Below are positions 60,288 through 64,000 of a stretch of DNA of 64,000 bases, piece after piece (the stretch's first letter is position 1; each line of letters opens with the position of its first letter). The stretch covers positions 1,742,493 through 1,806,492 of the forward strand of contig NW_003314279.1 in NCBI RefSeq assembly GCF_000143415.4. The letters run 5' to 3'. The stretch is from Selaginella moellendorffii. Its lineage: Eukaryota; Plantae; Lycopodiophyta. The notes below the pieces were generated by a model, which saw only the letters and a list, made by a program, of their open reading frames with translations, made no database searches and was not told the DNA's origin. A program made the translations under genes and the position numbers.

Positions 60288-60967
60288 NNNNNNNNNNNNN
60301 NNNNNNNNNNNNNNNNNNNNNNNNNNNNNNNNNNNNNNNNNNNNNNNNNNNNNNNNNNNNNNNNNNNNNNNNNNNNNNNNNNNNNNNNNNNNNNNNNNNN
60401 NNNNNNNNNNNNNNNNNNNNNNNNNNNNNNNNNNNNNNNNNNNNNNNNNNNNNNNNNNNNNNNNNNNNNNNNNNNNNNNNNNNNNNNNNNNNNNNNNNNN
60501 NNNNNNNNNNNNNNNNNNNNNNNNNNNNNNNNNNNNNNNNNNNNNNNNNNNNNNNNNNNNNNNNNNNNNNNNNNNNNNNNNNNNNNNNNNNNNNNNNNNN
60601 NNNNNNNNNNNNNNNNNNNNNNNNNNNNNNNNNNNNNNNNNNNNNNNNNNNNNNNNNNNNNNNNNNNNNNNNNNNNNNNNNNNNNNNNNNNNNNNNNNNN
60701 NNNNNNNNNNNNNNNNNNNNNNNNNNNNNNNNNNNNNNNNNNNNNNNNNNNNNNNNNNNNNNNNNNNNNNNNNNNNNNNNNNNNNNNNNNNNNNNNNNNN
60801 NNNNNNNNNNNNNNNNNNNNNNNNNNNNNNNNNNNNNNNNNNNNNNNNNNNNNNNNNNNNNNNNNNNNNNNNNNNNNNNNNNNNNNNNNNNNNNNNNNNN
60901 NNNNNNNNNNNNNNNNNNNNNNNNNNNNNNNNNNNNNNNNNNNNNNNNNNNNNNNNNNNNNNNNNNN
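60288..60967. other. Assembly gap
   Basis: Run of N. Confidence 1.
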
Positions 60968-61397
60968 NTTTCAACAGTATTATTCTTCTCACAATCAACT
61001 ATACAATTAATATCTAAGGCATTGATTGTCTCCTTGGAAAGAACACGTGAAATCTATATTCACAATGAATTTGTCCAATAAATATATCCAAGTACTGTTA
61101 AAAAATTGACATAACACTAGAATCTAGAAAGCAATTACCATTAAAGAGAATGAGATCATGACCATTGATCATGACTGTTAATTTTTAGGGTTTTACTGCT
61201 AGGGTTTGAGCAAGGAAGGGCAAGAGAAAAACGCTTGAATCTCGCAATATGCTTCAAGATGCTTCTCAATCAAGACACTAGATGCTCTTCAAGACACTAG
61301 AAACTCCTCAATCAAAGTATGTGTCTCTCTACTACTTTTCCATCTCCCCATCTTTTGCTCCTAGTTCGCAAGTAACTTGCACCTCATAGCTACTTCA

Positions 61398-61860
61398 TGC
61401 TGGAATGATCGGTTCGGTAGTGAATTGATCTTCCTAGTACATTAGATTCTGGGGTTTTTTTTTTTCTTGTCATTGCCTTGGTGCTATAAGATCAGTTCAG
61501 CAATGAGCAGATCTTCCCAATGCCAAGGGAACTGCTTATTTTTTTCATTTTTTTGTTCCCTTGGCACTGAGAAGATCGGTTTGGCAACGAACTAATCTTC
61601 CAATGCCAAGGGAATTGCTTCTTTTTTTTCCTTTTTTGTTCCCTTGGCACTGAAAAGATCAGTCCGGCGATAAATTGATCTTCCAGTGCCAAGGGAACTG
61701 CTTCTTTTCTTCTTTCTTTTTTTATTCCCTTAGCACTAGAAGATTAGTTCGCTGTTGAACTGATCTTCTCAGCACTATTCCTTTTCTTTCTTTTTTTTAC
61801 TTTTCTTGGCACTGGAAGATTGGTTTGCAACCAAACCAATCTTCATAGCACCAAGGGAGC
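61398..61860. repeat. Array of six imperfect ~45-60 bp palindromes separated by T-rich linkers
   Basis: Unit consensus TTCCCTTGGCACTGGAAGATC.GTT..N..AA.TGATCTTCCAGTGCCAAGGGAA at ~61398, 61475, 61556, 61639, 61725 and 61805; period ~80-85 bp. Confidence 0.85.
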
Positions 61861-64000
61861 TACTTCTTTTCTTCTTCAAAACTCTTTTTTAATGTTTACT
61901 CAAGTTTATTTGTCATTTTCATGTAGATATATAAATCATGCCACAACAGAAGAAGCATGCCAGTCAACCTCAATAGACCTGTTCTCTAGGAAAACGACTA
62001 GATCTTTGTGCTAGATTTACTAGGGACACCTCACAAGTTCAAAATGCTGCTTCAGAGGAAGACCATGGTGGGAGCAATGGTGTTCAGATCCAAGTAATGG
62101 TTGATCCTGATCTAGGTGTTAGCATGCAAGAGCTAGATAGTTCTAGAGAGCGTGGAAATGTAGAACCTATATATAGCACAGGAGAAGCTGCTAGTGGTAG
62201 TGCCATAGGTGGTGGGGCAAAACTTAGTGGTAGAAATGAGGCATCTGGTGCTATAGGTGGTGGGGCAGATCTTGGTGGTGGAAATGGTGGACATGCTGTT
62301 GCTCCTGAAGGTCATAGAAATGAGGTGGTAACTATGCTAGAGGCTAACATGATCTTGAATGAGCAAGCACGCGAGACTATTGTCCAGGCTCAAGAACAAA
62401 CTATTAGCAGGGTGTTAGGTGAAATGGCTTGGAAAGGATCCCAACATCTTCATATTCCACTTTGCCATCTTAAGCAAAGTCATTAGGTGTGCTCAGCCTA
62501 CGAACTCAACATGGCTATTTATACCTTTTTCACAGAGGTTGGATTCGGGCACACTACTAGATCATTTATTGTGTTGTCATCATTCCCCGAAACTACACAT
62601 GGTTACTCCTGAGATCGAGTAGACTTGGGATCAAATATGGCAGAGGAAATCTCAAGAGTTTGATACTTTGATGGTGTGCCACAAGGAGACACAAGCCTTT
62701 GTAGGCCGGATGTTCTTCATTATTGATAGAAACCACCAGTGGCTAGCATTTTGGAGGTGTATCCAAGAGAAGCTCTAGGACGATGACTAGTGACATATTT
62801 GTTCTCCAGTGACACTTGTGGAGCCACAGGATCAAACCCAAACAATGAGGCTCAACTTGGCCTGTCACAAGATCAACATGTAAAAATCTTTTACTAGTAA
62901 CCTTTGTTCTCACCAACTATGTTACAGGCTTAATCAGTTTGCATTCTAAGCACATACCTTGGTCCATGGTATCGAGCACCTTCGATATGTTGGCATGCTT
63001 TCTCTCGAGGAAATTCAGATATTGTATAGTCATGAGGTTATGGAAGCAATTCAAGCAAAGCTTGTAGCACGTAAAGGCCAAAAGTTGCTTACTTGGTATC
63101 AACTGCCTATGGATTTTTTAGTTGCATTCTAGGCAAAGGTATCTTTTTCTTGCATGACGTACAAATGCATTCTTTCTATCCCTCCCCACTGCTATAGAGG
63201 ATGACCTCCAAGAGTTATCTTCATCAGCTTCACATAAGCAAGTATGAAAAAAACATATATTAACTTTAATATTTCCCAATTTTTAACATTATTCAGGTTC
63301 ACCCTCTTTCTCCTATGGGAAGTGTTGGCAACGTGGAAATAGTTATTGGGGACTACTTTTAACTTTCCAACAACGTGAGCTGAGAGTCTTCTGTGTTCCA
63401 TCGATGGATGCGAGGATTGGGAATGAACAATACTTTCGGCATCGACCTTGCATTCTTCAACTTATCTGATGGGTTACCACTTTTACAAGGTGACACTCCA
63501 TCCTGGAACATCTCAACCAGACCATATTTCTCAAGCGGTGGATGTGGCATCCAAGGTGTTGCGATATAAGGGCATTATGTTAGTCATTCTTCCATGTTCT
63601 TTATTTTGGGGAGGCCTTATTGCAACGATAGCGGAGAATGATAACTCTAGATTGGTTGAGTTTGCATTAGGCTGCCTACTCTCAAACATCCCGATCGAAA
63701 CAAAAGGAGTAGGTGGTCGAATCCAAAAGGTTTGCATTTCCTTATTTTACATATCTTAAATCAATTGCCTCTTTTCATTGTAAGTTTTAGCATGGAACTA
63801 CCATGCTCTCTGCTGCTACTCTTGCTGTCAAAGTATTACACGAGCTGATGAGCATGTAGGTTTGGCATTACTAGGATATGATAGCTCAACAGATATCATC
63901 CCAAATGTCATTAATGAGAACCATTATATAGAGTTCCCTGGCTATTGACACCGTTCCCCAAAGGCCATGCAAATCCTCCTAGAGTTGTTTTGTCCTCCTA

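Noticed and set aside
60220-61017. 265 aa and 243 aa ORFs in the track
   Set aside because: They are artefacts of translating through the N gap.
61398-61860. CRISPR array
   Set aside because: The context is eukaryotic, the repeats are degenerate, the linkers are low-complexity T-tracts rather than unique spacers, and there are no cas genes.
62900-64000. piggyBac-like transposase (Cys-rich CTSC...CYKLCLNCF on the minus strand)
   Set aside because: The Cys pattern is suggestive, but I could not find catalytic-core motifs or termini, so it is left unassigned.

Overview
This is land-plant nuclear DNA. Cassandra TRIMs plus a Tcn1/sushi-type chromovirus suggest a non-seed vascular plant such as a lycophyte or fern; that assignment is inference. 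The only host gene is the start of ELP3 (Elongator subunit 3) at 243..1 on the minus strand. Nearly everything from ~1.7 kb to ~59.1 kb is a nest of decayed transposons that I resolved by hand from LTR ends, PBS/PPT signals and target-site duplications (TSDs). It contains: (i) four copies of a Ty3/gypsy chromovirus, 'family A' (~1.1 kb LTR with GAGTCC-type hexamer arrays); (ii) three copies of a non-autonomous 'family B' whose 5 kb interior looks like a deeply eroded gag-pol, plus a 3' fragment of an autonomous relative; (iii) one full-length Tcn1/Tf1-sushi-like chromovirus with a self-priming PBS and a G GGA AAC -1 frameshift site; (iv) six 5S-carrying Cassandra TRIM copies, solo LTRs or fragments; (v) an unrelated 772 bp TRIM, a hAT transposon and a gag-protease-only element. 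The most unusual signal is in family A. Both copies that retain the integrase carry the same two ~50 nt intron-like inserts (GT..AG intact in one copy, GT..AA in the other). Removing them restores the integrase frame exactly, and retaining them puts stop codons before the catalytic Glu and before the chromodomain. This points to an intron-containing, splice-gated LTR retrotransposon. The 59.1-64 kb end holds unidentified decayed ORFs and an array of six palindromes. Two assembly gaps are present. All alignments were made by eye; no database searches were run.
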